A DNA stretch of 64,000 nt from a virus. Lineage: Duplodnaviria; Caudoviricetes. Shown here piece after piece: positions 1 to 8,932 of the stretch. The notes under the pieces are model-generated. The model saw nothing but the letters and a program-made list of their open reading frames with translations. It was not told where the DNA came from and did no database searches. Location of the stretch: the IMG/VR virus record IMGVR_UViG_3300042691_031247; one strand, 5' to 3'. A program made the position numbers and the translations under genes. Positions within the stretch are counted from its first letter, which is position 1, and the number at the start of each line of letters is the position of its first letter.

Positions 1-75
1 GCGTGAAACGACCCCGGCCTGTACAGGCTCTCCCGGATTGACATGTTTAAGGTTATGCAGCCAGTTACCGGACAT
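1..75 (-). CDS. N-terminal fragment of a probable tail/baseplate protein (runs off the window)
   Basis: ATG at 75 preceded by GGAGG; translates MSGNWLHNLKHVNPGEPVQAGVVSR with no stop before position 1; follows the baseplate genes. Confidence 0.6.
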   Translation of the reverse strand, partial: MSGNWLHNLKHVNPGEPVQAGVVSR

Positions 76-99
76 CCTTGTCCTCCGGCAGTTAGTTGA

Positions 100-732
100 T
101 TACAGGAATGCGACATCCCACGTGATGCCGATCTGAGATGACGCTTCCTTGGTCACCTGATGCTCGCTATCAAATACTGTGCGCGCAAATACAACGTCCT
201 TAGACCGGTCGTTAATCGCCGGCGCAGCCACGAGGGCGGCGGCATATACGCGGCTGTTCGTCACGTTGCTGAAACGCCGCTCCTCGCCGCCATAGACCAC
301 TCGCGCTTCTGCGGTCTGCGCAAAAAATGTTAATTGATTGCCCGACTGATTGACGGGCAGATTTGCTTCATACCCCGACGACACGCTTAGCGCCGGTTCA
401 ATAGTGAGCGGCACCCGAATGAAATTACGCGACGACGAATCGGCGAGCGAGTTGTAGTACGTGATGTCTACGTTGCGACTAAACGTCGGCGTGGAAATTT
501 GAATCCCCGGGTCGACATTCTCGTATTCGATGTACATGGCTGAGATGTGGTAATCCAGCCGGTCGGGCTGGCGGCGGTACCCGAGTTGTTTCGCGGCGAT
601 AAAACCCCAGCCGTACTGGATCTGGTTGGACTGCGAAAACAGCGGCAACTTCAAACCAGTCTTCTCGTCGACGCGCCACACCGACACGTGTCCGCGTACG
701 CCAAAAGCTGGGGTAATGTTATCGGCAGCCAT
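100..732 (-). CDS. hypothetical structural protein (baseplate/tail-associated)
   Basis: 210-aa ORF tightly packed after baseplate genes; beta-rich composition; no family recognised. Confidence 0.6.
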   Translation of the reverse strand: MAADNITPAFGVRGHVSVWRVDEKTGLKLPLFSQSNQIQYGWGFIAAKQLGYRRQPDRLDYHISAMYIEYENVDPGIQISTPTFSRNVDITYYNSLADSSSRNFIRVPLTIEPALSVSSGYEANLPVNQSGNQLTFFAQTAEARVVYGGEERRFSNVTNSRVYAAALVAAPAINDRSKDVVFARTVFDSEHQVTKEASSQIGITWDVAFL

Positions 733-741
733 GTGTTGTCC

Positions 742-2469
742 TTATTGGCATGTTCCAGATACAAGTCGCGCCGTCGCGCCCAGATCACTGACTAATGATA
801 CCGGCACGGTGTCGGTTTGGGGGTCCATACCGGTGAAACGCTGCACGGTCTCCGCCGTCAAGTGTTCGGGGTTTATGCTATCTTTATCGGCCGTCAGCTC
901 AAAAATCGCAATCATGGCCGTGTGTGGCGGCAATAATTGACGTAGATGCCTAATATTGTACAGTCCCAGCTGATTTAACCCTAGCGCGTTCACATAAATT
1001 CGTACTACAAACACGTTGTTTCGTAGCACGTTTTCCACGAGAAAACGCAGCGGATTAATAGTCTTCGGCAACTGCGACGCGGTCGGTTCCGTGCCGGCGT
1101 TTACGCGCTTGTCTAGCAGGTGCGCAAGCGTGCCGATTTTTAACTTTGGCGCGCAATCGGGCTGCGATTTGCGTAGCTCCGCTGCCTGCACGCCCCGGGC
1201 ATGTACCTCGTCAAAAAACTGCTCAATGTCCGCCGGGTACCCGCCGAGCCGAAATTTTACATACGTGTAACCACTTGGATGTGTCGTGTTTACTTCGAGC
1301 GGAACGAGTTTGTTTTCAAACACGATGTCGCCATAAAAGCACGACGCCAAAAATCCGCTATCGACAGCAATGGCGGCGATTGTTTTTCTAACCGGTTGAC
1401 ACTGCTCGTCGTTTGGATCTACAAGCAGCTCTTCTTCGCTTTCGGTTGTGAGCGCGTCCCACGCGTTGCTCGACAAGATGTTATTCGGCGGAGGGCAGCA
1501 CAATACGCTTTGCTCTGGCGCCCGCGCATAAGAGTTACCGACAAAAAACTCGTGCACGTCGACGCCGTACACAAGAGGCGTGCCGGCCGTTACGCGCTGT
1601 TCGACCGCTACGCGCGGTACCGCGGTCTCTGGAAAGCGATAGACCGCTTTGTCGGTAACTATTAATAATCCTCGTGCGTCGTTGTCTACGCGCTCGACAA
1701 CCTCTTCTGGTTCGACGCTAATTGGGACGCCGCAGATAGCTGCAATAGCGGCGTCAAGAATTGCCGCCGTCGCGCCGCCTTCTACCAGACCAGAGATGAC
1801 AGCGTTGGTGAGATCCTTGTAGCCCTGACTTGTTCGGAGCTTTATACCGACGGCGTATGCAAATTGGTTGAAAATGTTGTTGTAGTCAAACTTACCGCAG
1901 AACGCCCACAACGTAAGTTCTTCGTCGTCCGCCGTGTCTGCAGCCGGTCGTTTCGTGAACACCGGGTTTTCAAACGGGTCTTTGGCAAAAATCAAAGCGC
2001 CGCGCTCGACGTCGATAAGAAAGTCGAGGTTTTTGCTGAGGACGCCTGTCGGAAACGTGATGCGATTAAACAGTTGCGCGGCGTCTACAAGCCCGGCCGG
2101 CAGCGGGAAAGAAAAGAACGGGGCGTTTACATTCGCGGCGTCAAACTGTAAGCCGCCATCAAACACAGCGGACGGGTCGCGATCAAACCGCGCGATTGTT
2201 GTCCGCGCGGAGTTGCGCTCGGATTTTTTCAAAACAACAGGGGTAAGCTTCTCCGTGTGAAATAACGGAATATCAAATCGGCTTAGCGCTTCGATGGTCT
2301 CGATCAGGTTTTGATACGTCTGGTTTACGACGTGTGCTGTCGCGTCGGCATACGAATGCACTTGATCAACGCCGGTGTAGAGGCGTGACCAGAAGCTACC
2401 AAGCGCCGCAATTAAATTGCGACTGCGGTCAAAGTCTGATCCGGGATATACAAACTCAGGCTTTTTCAT
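742..2469 (-). CDS. putative baseplate wedge protein
   Basis: 575-aa ORF directly downstream of the baseplate J-like gene; call rests on synteny. Confidence 0.55.
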   Translation of the reverse strand: MKKPEFVYPGSDFDRSRNLIAALGSFWSRLYTGVDQVHSYADATAHVVNQTYQNLIETIEALSRFDIPLFHTEKLTPVVLKKSERNSARTTIARFDRDPSAVFDGGLQFDAANVNAPFFSFPLPAGLVDAAQLFNRITFPTGVLSKNLDFLIDVERGALIFAKDPFENPVFTKRPAADTADDEELTLWAFCGKFDYNNIFNQFAYAVGIKLRTSQGYKDLTNAVISGLVEGGATAAILDAAIAAICGVPISVEPEEVVERVDNDARGLLIVTDKAVYRFPETAVPRVAVEQRVTAGTPLVYGVDVHEFFVGNSYARAPEQSVLCCPPPNNILSSNAWDALTTESEEELLVDPNDEQCQPVRKTIAAIAVDSGFLASCFYGDIVFENKLVPLEVNTTHPSGYTYVKFRLGGYPADIEQFFDEVHARGVQAAELRKSQPDCAPKLKIGTLAHLLDKRVNAGTEPTASQLPKTINPLRFLVENVLRNNVFVVRIYVNALGLNQLGLYNIRHLRQLLPPHTAMIAIFELTADKDSINPEHLTAETVQRFTGMDPQTDTVPVSLVSDLGATARLVSGTCQ

Positions 2470-2471
2470 AA

Positions 2472-4187
2472 TCAGCGCGTCCAGCCGGCGGAGACTACGG
2501 ATACCGATACATCTTGCGGGCTTGTTAAGAACGCGGTGGTGCGTCCGGTGACGAGCCGCGCAACGTCGTCGGGGATTTGCAGAATCGTGTTATCACGCAC
2601 AAAAGCCGTGCTGCCGTCTGGCCGGCGAATACGGCCAAACATATCAATACCCCCGAGCGCTTGCTGCGCTGTGAGGTACTGGTGCGCTGCCGTACCGATA
2701 AGCGACGCGTGCAGCTGGCCAGAGAAACCAACACCGGCGACAGCCTTACTTACGGCCGCCTTGATCGCTTCAATATCTGGCGTCGGGTCAGCCGCGTTCT
2801 TACGAATTTCAAACGCAATTTTTGTAAAGCACGGGATCGGAGCTTTGACCAGTACGTCTGCGGCGCGGGAGCGCGTTTCGCGGGACGCCATGTAATCTTG
2901 AAGCTCCGCGATCAGCGGGAGCCCGGCCGTAGTGATTGAGTACAGCCGTTTTGTTTGTCCCGGCGTCAGCGTCGGGTTTGGCTGGATGTCCGTGTTTACA
3001 AACCGGATCGTGGCTGTCTGGTAGCGTGTATATGCGCTTTCAGTTAGATACAGGATGTCAGGAATGAAGTCGAAATCAGAGAAGTCAACATTCCGCTCGT
3101 CGCTTAGCACAGAGTAATTGACTGGTAATGCCGCCGCGGGATTTACGATGCCGACAACTTCATAAAAACCGGGCGCAAGGTCACGACCGATTGATACCTG
3201 CCAGATGGTTCCTGTCGGTGTGCCGCCCACCAAGTCGCGCTCGTCGCACGGACCGGTCGCGTTTTGCTGGGGCGAATACGGCCCGATATACGTCGCTTCT
3301 AACAGGTGCTCGCGTTCTTGCGCATACGCGTTGGTGTGCGCATAGATATCCACTTTGCCGCCACCGGAGATCGGAAAGAGGGAGTGCTGATCGCGCTGCT
3401 GCTCCGCGTCTCCGCAGCCGAGCACAGACAGGTGCAGCGTATTAGCAAAAACGGGTTGCGTTTTAATGGCCGCCATGTAGCTCTGCCGGCTGCCGATCGT
3501 TTTTGCGGCTAAACCGGTAGACAGGCGCGTAAGGTATTCGGCGTTGGTCGCCGGGTCGCGCCCGTCGATAAAGTCGGCACTGGCATAAAGATCTACAACG
3601 TTGCTGATCGAGCCGCGGCTGTTTAGCCGTGTGCGGCGGCGGATGTTACCGGCATCACCCACGACGCTAGCAATGACAGTAATTGTCGCGGCGTACGTGC
3701 CGTCACCGACAGCCACCATTTTGCGCTGATCTGGTTCCGTGGCCGGCAGCAGCGGGTCTGTTGGGAACACCACAAAGTTTTGTGTCGGACTAAAAGTAAT
3801 GTCGCCGTCCTCGATACCAAAAATCGCCGCGGTTGTGATCTCCGTGCGAATGTCAGAGTTGAAGACAACTGTGACATAACCCACCGCGGGGGAACCGTTG
3901 TCGCGCGCTACATTGAAATTAGACAGTACCTGATCGACGATATCGGTGTCGGCGAGATCTGGATTCTGTGTGATGCTCAGCAAGCTCTGACTCTGCAGCA
4001 CGCGATCAACGTTTTCTTGAATTGCCGCGTTTAACAGTCCGTCAAAGTACAGTACGAGATCGTGGAACACACCACGCGACAGCTCGACCTCGGGATGACG
4101 TTCGGCCATCAGCTGCGATAACGTCGCAACCATCGCCTGTACTTTTTCAGGGTTAAGCTGTTTGAGGCTGGAAATGGCAATCGGCAT
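2472..4187 (-). CDS. baseplate J/gp6-like wedge protein
   Basis: 571 aa; segment ADFIDGRDPATNAEYLTRLSTGLAAKTIGSRQSY resembles the baseplate-J motif; follows a gp25-like gene. Confidence 0.7.
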   Translation of the reverse strand: MPIAISSLKQLNPEKVQAMVATLSQLMAERHPEVELSRGVFHDLVLYFDGLLNAAIQENVDRVLQSQSLLSITQNPDLADTDIVDQVLSNFNVARDNGSPAVGYVTVVFNSDIRTEITTAAIFGIEDGDITFSPTQNFVVFPTDPLLPATEPDQRKMVAVGDGTYAATITVIASVVGDAGNIRRRTRLNSRGSISNVVDLYASADFIDGRDPATNAEYLTRLSTGLAAKTIGSRQSYMAAIKTQPVFANTLHLSVLGCGDAEQQRDQHSLFPISGGGKVDIYAHTNAYAQEREHLLEATYIGPYSPQQNATGPCDERDLVGGTPTGTIWQVSIGRDLAPGFYEVVGIVNPAAALPVNYSVLSDERNVDFSDFDFIPDILYLTESAYTRYQTATIRFVNTDIQPNPTLTPGQTKRLYSITTAGLPLIAELQDYMASRETRSRAADVLVKAPIPCFTKIAFEIRKNAADPTPDIEAIKAAVSKAVAGVGFSGQLHASLIGTAAHQYLTAQQALGGIDMFGRIRRPDGSTAFVRDNTILQIPDDVARLVTGRTTAFLTSPQDVSVSVVSAGWTR

Positions 4188-4194
4188 GCTACAC

Positions 4195-4671
4195 CTACGG
4201 TAAAGTTGCGATGGGGACTAGTATTTCGCGGGAATCACCGGCGCGGCTAGTGATAGCGATGCTGAGATTCATGTAACCCGGCAGCAAGCCGACAGATATA
4301 AGTTCCGCGTCATCAAGCCGTTCGTCGTCTGGCATTCCTTCGTATTCTTCGTTTTGCAAAGTAACGCGAATACGCATGTTCGAGGCGTGAAATGTTTGCG
4401 TCACGTTTAGCTGCGTTTTAATGCTGCCCTGTCGGACAAACGTCATGAAATCGCAGCCGCGTTCTGGCAAGCCGGGCATTGACCCCTTTTCAGTCAAAAA
4501 CTCTAACAGCCACCGTTGGGCGAGCTTTTGCGGCCCGGCGCATATTTTTCCCGGGTTGTCTTCGGAGTATAGAACGAGATCGAGCCGGCTGTTGCGTGCG
4601 TCACCGCTTCGCTGCAGCGCGAGAAAGTCGTACTTTCGATTTGCAAAATCGGCGATGCTCATAACGCTCAC
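4195..4671 (-). CDS. gp25/W-like baseplate protein (sheath initiator)
   Basis: 158 aa; QKLAQRWLLEFLTEKGSMPGLPERGCDF resembles the GPW/gp25 core; canonical position upstream of baseplate J. Confidence 0.7.
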   Translation of the reverse strand: MSVMSIADFANRKYDFLALQRSGDARNSRLDLVLYSEDNPGKICAGPQKLAQRWLLEFLTEKGSMPGLPERGCDFMTFVRQGSIKTQLNVTQTFHASNMRIRVTLQNEEYEGMPDDERLDDAELISVGLLPGYMNLSIAITSRAGDSREILVPIATLP

Positions 4672-5135
4672 TTACCGGCATTGATGTGCGATTGCACGCC
4701 GTCTTTCAAAAATGAAAACACGCTTTTCTTCGGAAGCCCGTGGCCGTCGAGGCGCCCGTGCATAAAGCAGGCGCAGCGAATCATACTGGCGTGCCGCAGC
4801 CGCCAGCCCCGTTCTTCAGTCGCCATAAAGTCAGCCTGCCATTTCATAGCTACAAGATCGCCAGTGGTGCCGCCTTGGCTGCCCGGCCCGGCCAGTACGC
4901 TCATTGAGTACGTCTGATTAATGCCGTCCCGGTTCCAGCTCGGCTCGTGGAGGTTTGGTACGTCGAGCAGTTCTTTTTGCTTCATTTCGTCGGGGGTGTG
5001 CCACGGCCGCCAGTTGTTTTGCTGACGAAACGTTTCTGACATCTTTTTTGCGCGCTCTTCCAACTGGTTAATGCGCGCTTCAAACTTGCCGTCGACCTGC
5101 CCTTTAGTTGTGCCAATTCCTTGCGGTTTATCCAT
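4668..5135 (-). CDS. hypothetical protein
   Basis: 155-aa ORF with a 4-bp overlap to the next gene; lies between the sigma factor and gp25-like genes. Confidence 0.7.
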   Translation of the reverse strand: MDKPQGIGTTKGQVDGKFEARINQLEERAKKMSETFRQQNNWRPWHTPDEMKQKELLDVPNLHEPSWNRDGINQTYSMSVLAGPGSQGGTTGDLVAMKWQADFMATEERGWRLRHASMIRCACFMHGRLDGHGLPKKSVFSFLKDGVQSHINAGK

Positions 5136-5142
5136 GTGTCAC

Positions 5143-5985
5143 CTAAAAAGTGCTTTGTGTGTATTGCTTGTCTAACATCGCTTGAATTTTTGCTGCGCGT
5201 TGGCTTACGGCGCCGGGCGTAATGTTTAATCGGCGAGCAATCTCTTGCGTGCTCGTTTTGCGCCGGCCGTTGCGCCCCAGCGTCATGTCAGCAACAAGCT
5301 TGTCGATCGGACTCAGATCTTCGTAGACAAACTTAAACCACGCGTCCGCCGCTCGCGTGCTGTTCGGAATTGTGCTCGCGACGTCGCCGCCGTAGCTTTC
5401 TTCGTCCATAACTTCGCGTGTTGTCATGCCTTCAGATACAGGCTGATTGAACGCACGAATCTTTTGAATACGGCGCGTAGACAACCCGGTGGCGTCCGCG
5501 ACTTCATCGTCGGTCGGCTCGCGGCCAAGCTGGTCACGCAGTTCGTTTTCGCTCTCGTTGAGTCGCGTGTAATCTAACCCTACTTGTTCCGGGATAGCGA
5601 TAATGTTTTGATTCTGGGCCGATACCCGCCGGAGACTCTGCAGCTGCGACAGAAGATGTGTGCGCACATTCCCGCGGTTGGGGTCGTACGTGTCGAGCGC
5701 TTTTAACGCCATAAGCTTGGCTCGCGACCGGATTGTCGGGCTGGCGGCTTGCCCGGCGTAACTCATCACCGCGGTGTCGATTACAGGCTGAAGTGTCTGC
5801 AGCAGCGCCGAGCTGGTCTCGGGGGTTTTGTGGGCGGCCCACTGCGGGTACAGACTGTCAAACTCCGGGCTGACGCCGGCTGGTTTTTTAGCTGAAAACG
5901 GTGGCGGGGTGTCGCCCAGTATGGACGGCATGCCTTGCTGCTTTTTGTTATTTATATCGGTCATTTCAGCGTATATCCCGACCAT
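5143..5985 (-). CDS. sigma70-family RNA polymerase sigma factor (regions 2-3-4)
   Basis: Region 2-like LQTLQPVIDTAVMSY...KALDTYDPNRGNVRTHL; region 3 LRDQLGREPTDDEVADATGLSTRRI; region 4 HTH STQEIARRLNITPGAVSQR. The start may be a downstream ATG. Confidence 0.8.
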   Translation of the reverse strand: MVGIYAEMTDINNKKQQGMPSILGDTPPPFSAKKPAGVSPEFDSLYPQWAAHKTPETSSALLQTLQPVIDTAVMSYAGQAASPTIRSRAKLMALKALDTYDPNRGNVRTHLLSQLQSLRRVSAQNQNIIAIPEQVGLDYTRLNESENELRDQLGREPTDDEVADATGLSTRRIQKIRAFNQPVSEGMTTREVMDEESYGGDVASTIPNSTRAADAWFKFVYEDLSPIDKLVADMTLGRNGRRKTSTQEIARRLNITPGAVSQRAAKIQAMLDKQYTQSTF

Positions 5986-7583
5986 TTTTGGCCTTTGTAC
6001 AGCGGCGCAGTTTCTTGCGTAATTTTATTGGTTCTGAGATCTTCTAACTCGGTGCGAATGTACGACAAATCAAGCGACGTGCCGGCGAGGGCGCGTTCGG
6101 CGTTAATCGCGTAAGACACCTTCGTGACTGCCGCAATTAAATGCCCGCCGCCCTTACCAACGTCGCCGTCAGGGAGTTTAATTTTAACGATACTGCCCGG
6201 CGCAATATCAAAACGCAGTTTACCAGACAGTTCGCCGTATCTTTGGCTTAAAAACTCGGTGTGGTAAAAGTGTTTTGCAAAACGTGTGCATACCTCGTTG
6301 TACATGGCATCGGCGAGTTCGGCTGGCTTTTTCCAGCCGGCCGGTAACGACGATTCACCTGTCTGTGGCGCAAGGCAGTCGCCCGGCCGTTTGCCGCCCT
6401 CGCCGGTCGTCGGCCCGCACATGATCGGCCACGGCGACGTGTTCGCCAACCACGATGGTAAGTCTTTAAATAGCTTTAAACCTTGCTGCGGTTTTTGCGC
6501 CGTAGCAGCGTCGGGCCACTGACCGGACGGCGTCGAAAACTTATCGCTGCTCTGCATGTCACCGCCGAGATGCAGCATAGGATCCATTTGCGCCGGCCAG
6601 AACACCGTCACGTTCTCGATCAGCTGGTGCATGGTCGAGTTAAAGTTGGCGTAGCTATAGTCGTCCGCGTGGATAGTGAGTTTGTCGCTACCGCTAAATT
6701 TAAGCCCGCCAAAAAAAGGAATGACGTACGCTTTGTCGATACACGGCGACACGGCAAAGAAAAACTGCGACGCATAATCACCGACGAGCGTGCTCCAAAA
6801 TGTTGTATACGCAAACGATTCAACCGCGTCTTTGGTGAGCGCCTGCCGGACAGACATCTCGGCATTCAAACCGACGCCACTAATATCTAAACTCAATTTT
6901 GCCGGACCACTAAAACTAGGCGCTTCGTCGGGCATGCGCGCGAGGGCTTTGAGCGCGGCGTCATTTGGATCGTTTGACGACGTCTTCCACCCGGCCATGG
7001 TTTTAAAAATTGGTTTAATAACGTCGCCCCACAAATTCTGACTGATATTTGACTCAGTGATAATTTTTTCGTTGGCGTCGATAATCGGGACAGGTGACCA
7101 AACGTTTCCGTCGCTCGTTTGCAGCGCTTCGAAAGCTGCGTTCTGCGCCATCAAAAACGGCGCGTTTGGCGCCCACTTGCCATTAAGCGCAGACGAGTTA
7201 TTCAGGTCGTCGAGCCAGTGCACGACGTTGATGACGTAATTGGCGCTATTGTGCGAACGCTGATACCCGACGCTGACCAAAAAACCTTCAAATATCTTTA
7301 TCTCGCCGCTTTCCATTTTGTCTGTCTTACCGGCTGACGGTGTAATGGTTAAAAACACTTCAACCGGCGCGCGGGGCTGCAGCGCCACTTTTGCCATATG
7401 AATAGTCGCCGGTGCTCCGCCGCGGGCGTTTTGACCAACGGCGACAGTGATACTCGCGGTCGGTATTGTGTTCAGCGGAAACGACGCCGAAATCGCAACA
7501 ATCTCATTACTAAAATCAAACCCAGCTATCTTTGCGCGGAGTTTAAATTTTGTGTGTACGTAATTCGGGTTCAGCTCGGTCAT
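5961..7583 (-). CDS. putative baseplate hub protein (gp27/GpD-like)
   Basis: 540 aa; C-terminal GELSGKLRFDIAPGSIVKIK...VTKVSYAI is typical of hub proteins; lies between tape measure and gp25-like genes. Confidence 0.5.
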   Translation of the reverse strand: MTELNPNYVHTKFKLRAKIAGFDFSNEIVAISASFPLNTIPTASITVAVGQNARGGAPATIHMAKVALQPRAPVEVFLTITPSAGKTDKMESGEIKIFEGFLVSVGYQRSHNSANYVINVVHWLDDLNNSSALNGKWAPNAPFLMAQNAAFEALQTSDGNVWSPVPIIDANEKIITESNISQNLWGDVIKPIFKTMAGWKTSSNDPNDAALKALARMPDEAPSFSGPAKLSLDISGVGLNAEMSVRQALTKDAVESFAYTTFWSTLVGDYASQFFFAVSPCIDKAYVIPFFGGLKFSGSDKLTIHADDYSYANFNSTMHQLIENVTVFWPAQMDPMLHLGGDMQSSDKFSTPSGQWPDAATAQKPQQGLKLFKDLPSWLANTSPWPIMCGPTTGEGGKRPGDCLAPQTGESSLPAGWKKPAELADAMYNEVCTRFAKHFYHTEFLSQRYGELSGKLRFDIAPGSIVKIKLPDGDVGKGGGHLIAAVTKVSYAINAERALAGTSLDLSYIRTELEDLRTNKITQETAPLYKGQKWSGYTLK

Positions 7584-8467
7584 CGATGTAATCTCACTTG
7601 TTCTGTGCGGTAGATAAGCGCCATGACGAGTCCGGCCAGTCTATAGGCTGGTAACGGGTGGTCAAACCACACATTTTTAAACGTTGCGTACGGTTCTTCA
7701 GGCGCAACGCCAAATAGATCAAGAAACAGCGGCTCACCGAGAATTTCAAGCGTCGGCAGCAATGACGTGATTGCGGGCACTGGATTAGCGAGCAAGTTGA
7801 TGTACCAACGCCCTTCGTACGTTGACGGGTCGGTGCTGAGTGCGCTGAGCTTTACGCGTACCTCAGTTTCAGGCAGTACGAGCGTCGGGAGCCCGTCTGC
7901 AACGGTCTGGCGTGTTTCTTGACGCTGGTCGTTAAGCGTCTCGGCACTGACTGTAAGAAACTCAGACTTTAACTCTTGCAGCATCAGTCCTTCGCCGGAT
8001 TCCAGCGTCAACACGGAACCTTCTTGTTCGCTAAGCACTGGGGTGTCGAGCGGGTCAACAAACGTGAGCGTGTATTGCCGATGCGCCCGCCCGGAGCCGT
8101 TGGCCGCGATAAACTCGCCCCCAACCGCGACGGCGCGCGACGGCCCGCGAATTTGTTTAATCCAGATACCTGTCGGAAACTGAAAAGACGTCGCCGACGC
8201 TTCGGGCCAGTATGTCACCCGGGGGTCGAGCTTGTATATGTATTCCGATAGTTCAGTTTGGTGTACGTAGCTCAGTAGTTCGCGGGCGCGCAGATTTAAA
8301 AACCGTTGGTCCGGCAGCGAGCCAAATAACACGCGGCGCAACGTCTTCAAAGTCTGCGGCAACACAAGCGGCCGGTATTCTACAGGAATGTACTCGTATC
8401 CGGCCAGCTGCTTGTCGGCGCTCTGGGCGAAGATATTCAACAAAAGTGTGCGGGCGTGATTAATCAT
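7580..8467 (-). CDS. hypothetical tail/baseplate protein
   Basis: 295-aa ORF coupled to its neighbours in the tail operon. Confidence 0.6.
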   Translation of the reverse strand: MINHARTLLLNIFAQSADKQLAGYEYIPVEYRPLVLPQTLKTLRRVLFGSLPDQRFLNLRARELLSYVHQTELSEYIYKLDPRVTYWPEASATSFQFPTGIWIKQIRGPSRAVAVGGEFIAANGSGRAHRQYTLTFVDPLDTPVLSEQEGSVLTLESGEGLMLQELKSEFLTVSAETLNDQRQETRQTVADGLPTLVLPETEVRVKLSALSTDPSTYEGRWYINLLANPVPAITSLLPTLEILGEPLFLDLFGVAPEEPYATFKNVWFDHPLPAYRLAGLVMALIYRTEQVRLHR

Positions 8468-8472
8468 GACGT

Positions 8473-8925
8473 CTACTTCTTTGGCAACACGTTAAACCGA
8501 AGAGACCACTGCGCAATTGCTGTTTGCGGGTCTTGCACCTCGACGCGCATACCGGTGAGGAACGCCCAGAAATTTGCGTTTGCGCACTCCCCGATATGGA
8601 CCGAAAGATTGCCTTTTTCTTTAATGCGGTTTTGCGTATAGAAATCAAACAGGTTGCAGATCTTAGCTGACGAAGCGTTACCACATGTCTGCGAGAACCC
8701 GAAGCCCGACACCGTCAGCTCGCCGATTCGGTCACCGAACGCGTACACGTAAATAAAATCGTTTACGGTATGTAGAAACTGGTAATTGCCGTTTAGCTCT
8801 AGCGCGAAGCCAGATATCGGCATGGTGAACTCGCCGCCGCTGATATCAACTTTAAATACGGCATCGCCAGAGCAGCCGGGAATTTTAGCGACGGCGCCAA
8901 CGCAGGGACTAAAGACAGCAGCCAT
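8473..8925 (-). CDS. tail tube-like protein 2 (tube initiator)
   Basis: 150 aa immediately after the tape measure; NYQFLHTVNDFIYVYAFGDRIGELTVSG resembles tube-fold initiator proteins. Confidence 0.55.
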   Translation of the reverse strand: MAAVFSPCVGAVAKIPGCSGDAVFKVDISGGEFTMPISGFALELNGNYQFLHTVNDFIYVYAFGDRIGELTVSGFGFSQTCGNASSAKICNLFDFYTQNRIKEKGNLSVHIGECANANFWAFLTGMRVEVQDPQTAIAQWSLRFNVLPKK

Positions 8926-8932
8926 ATATCAC

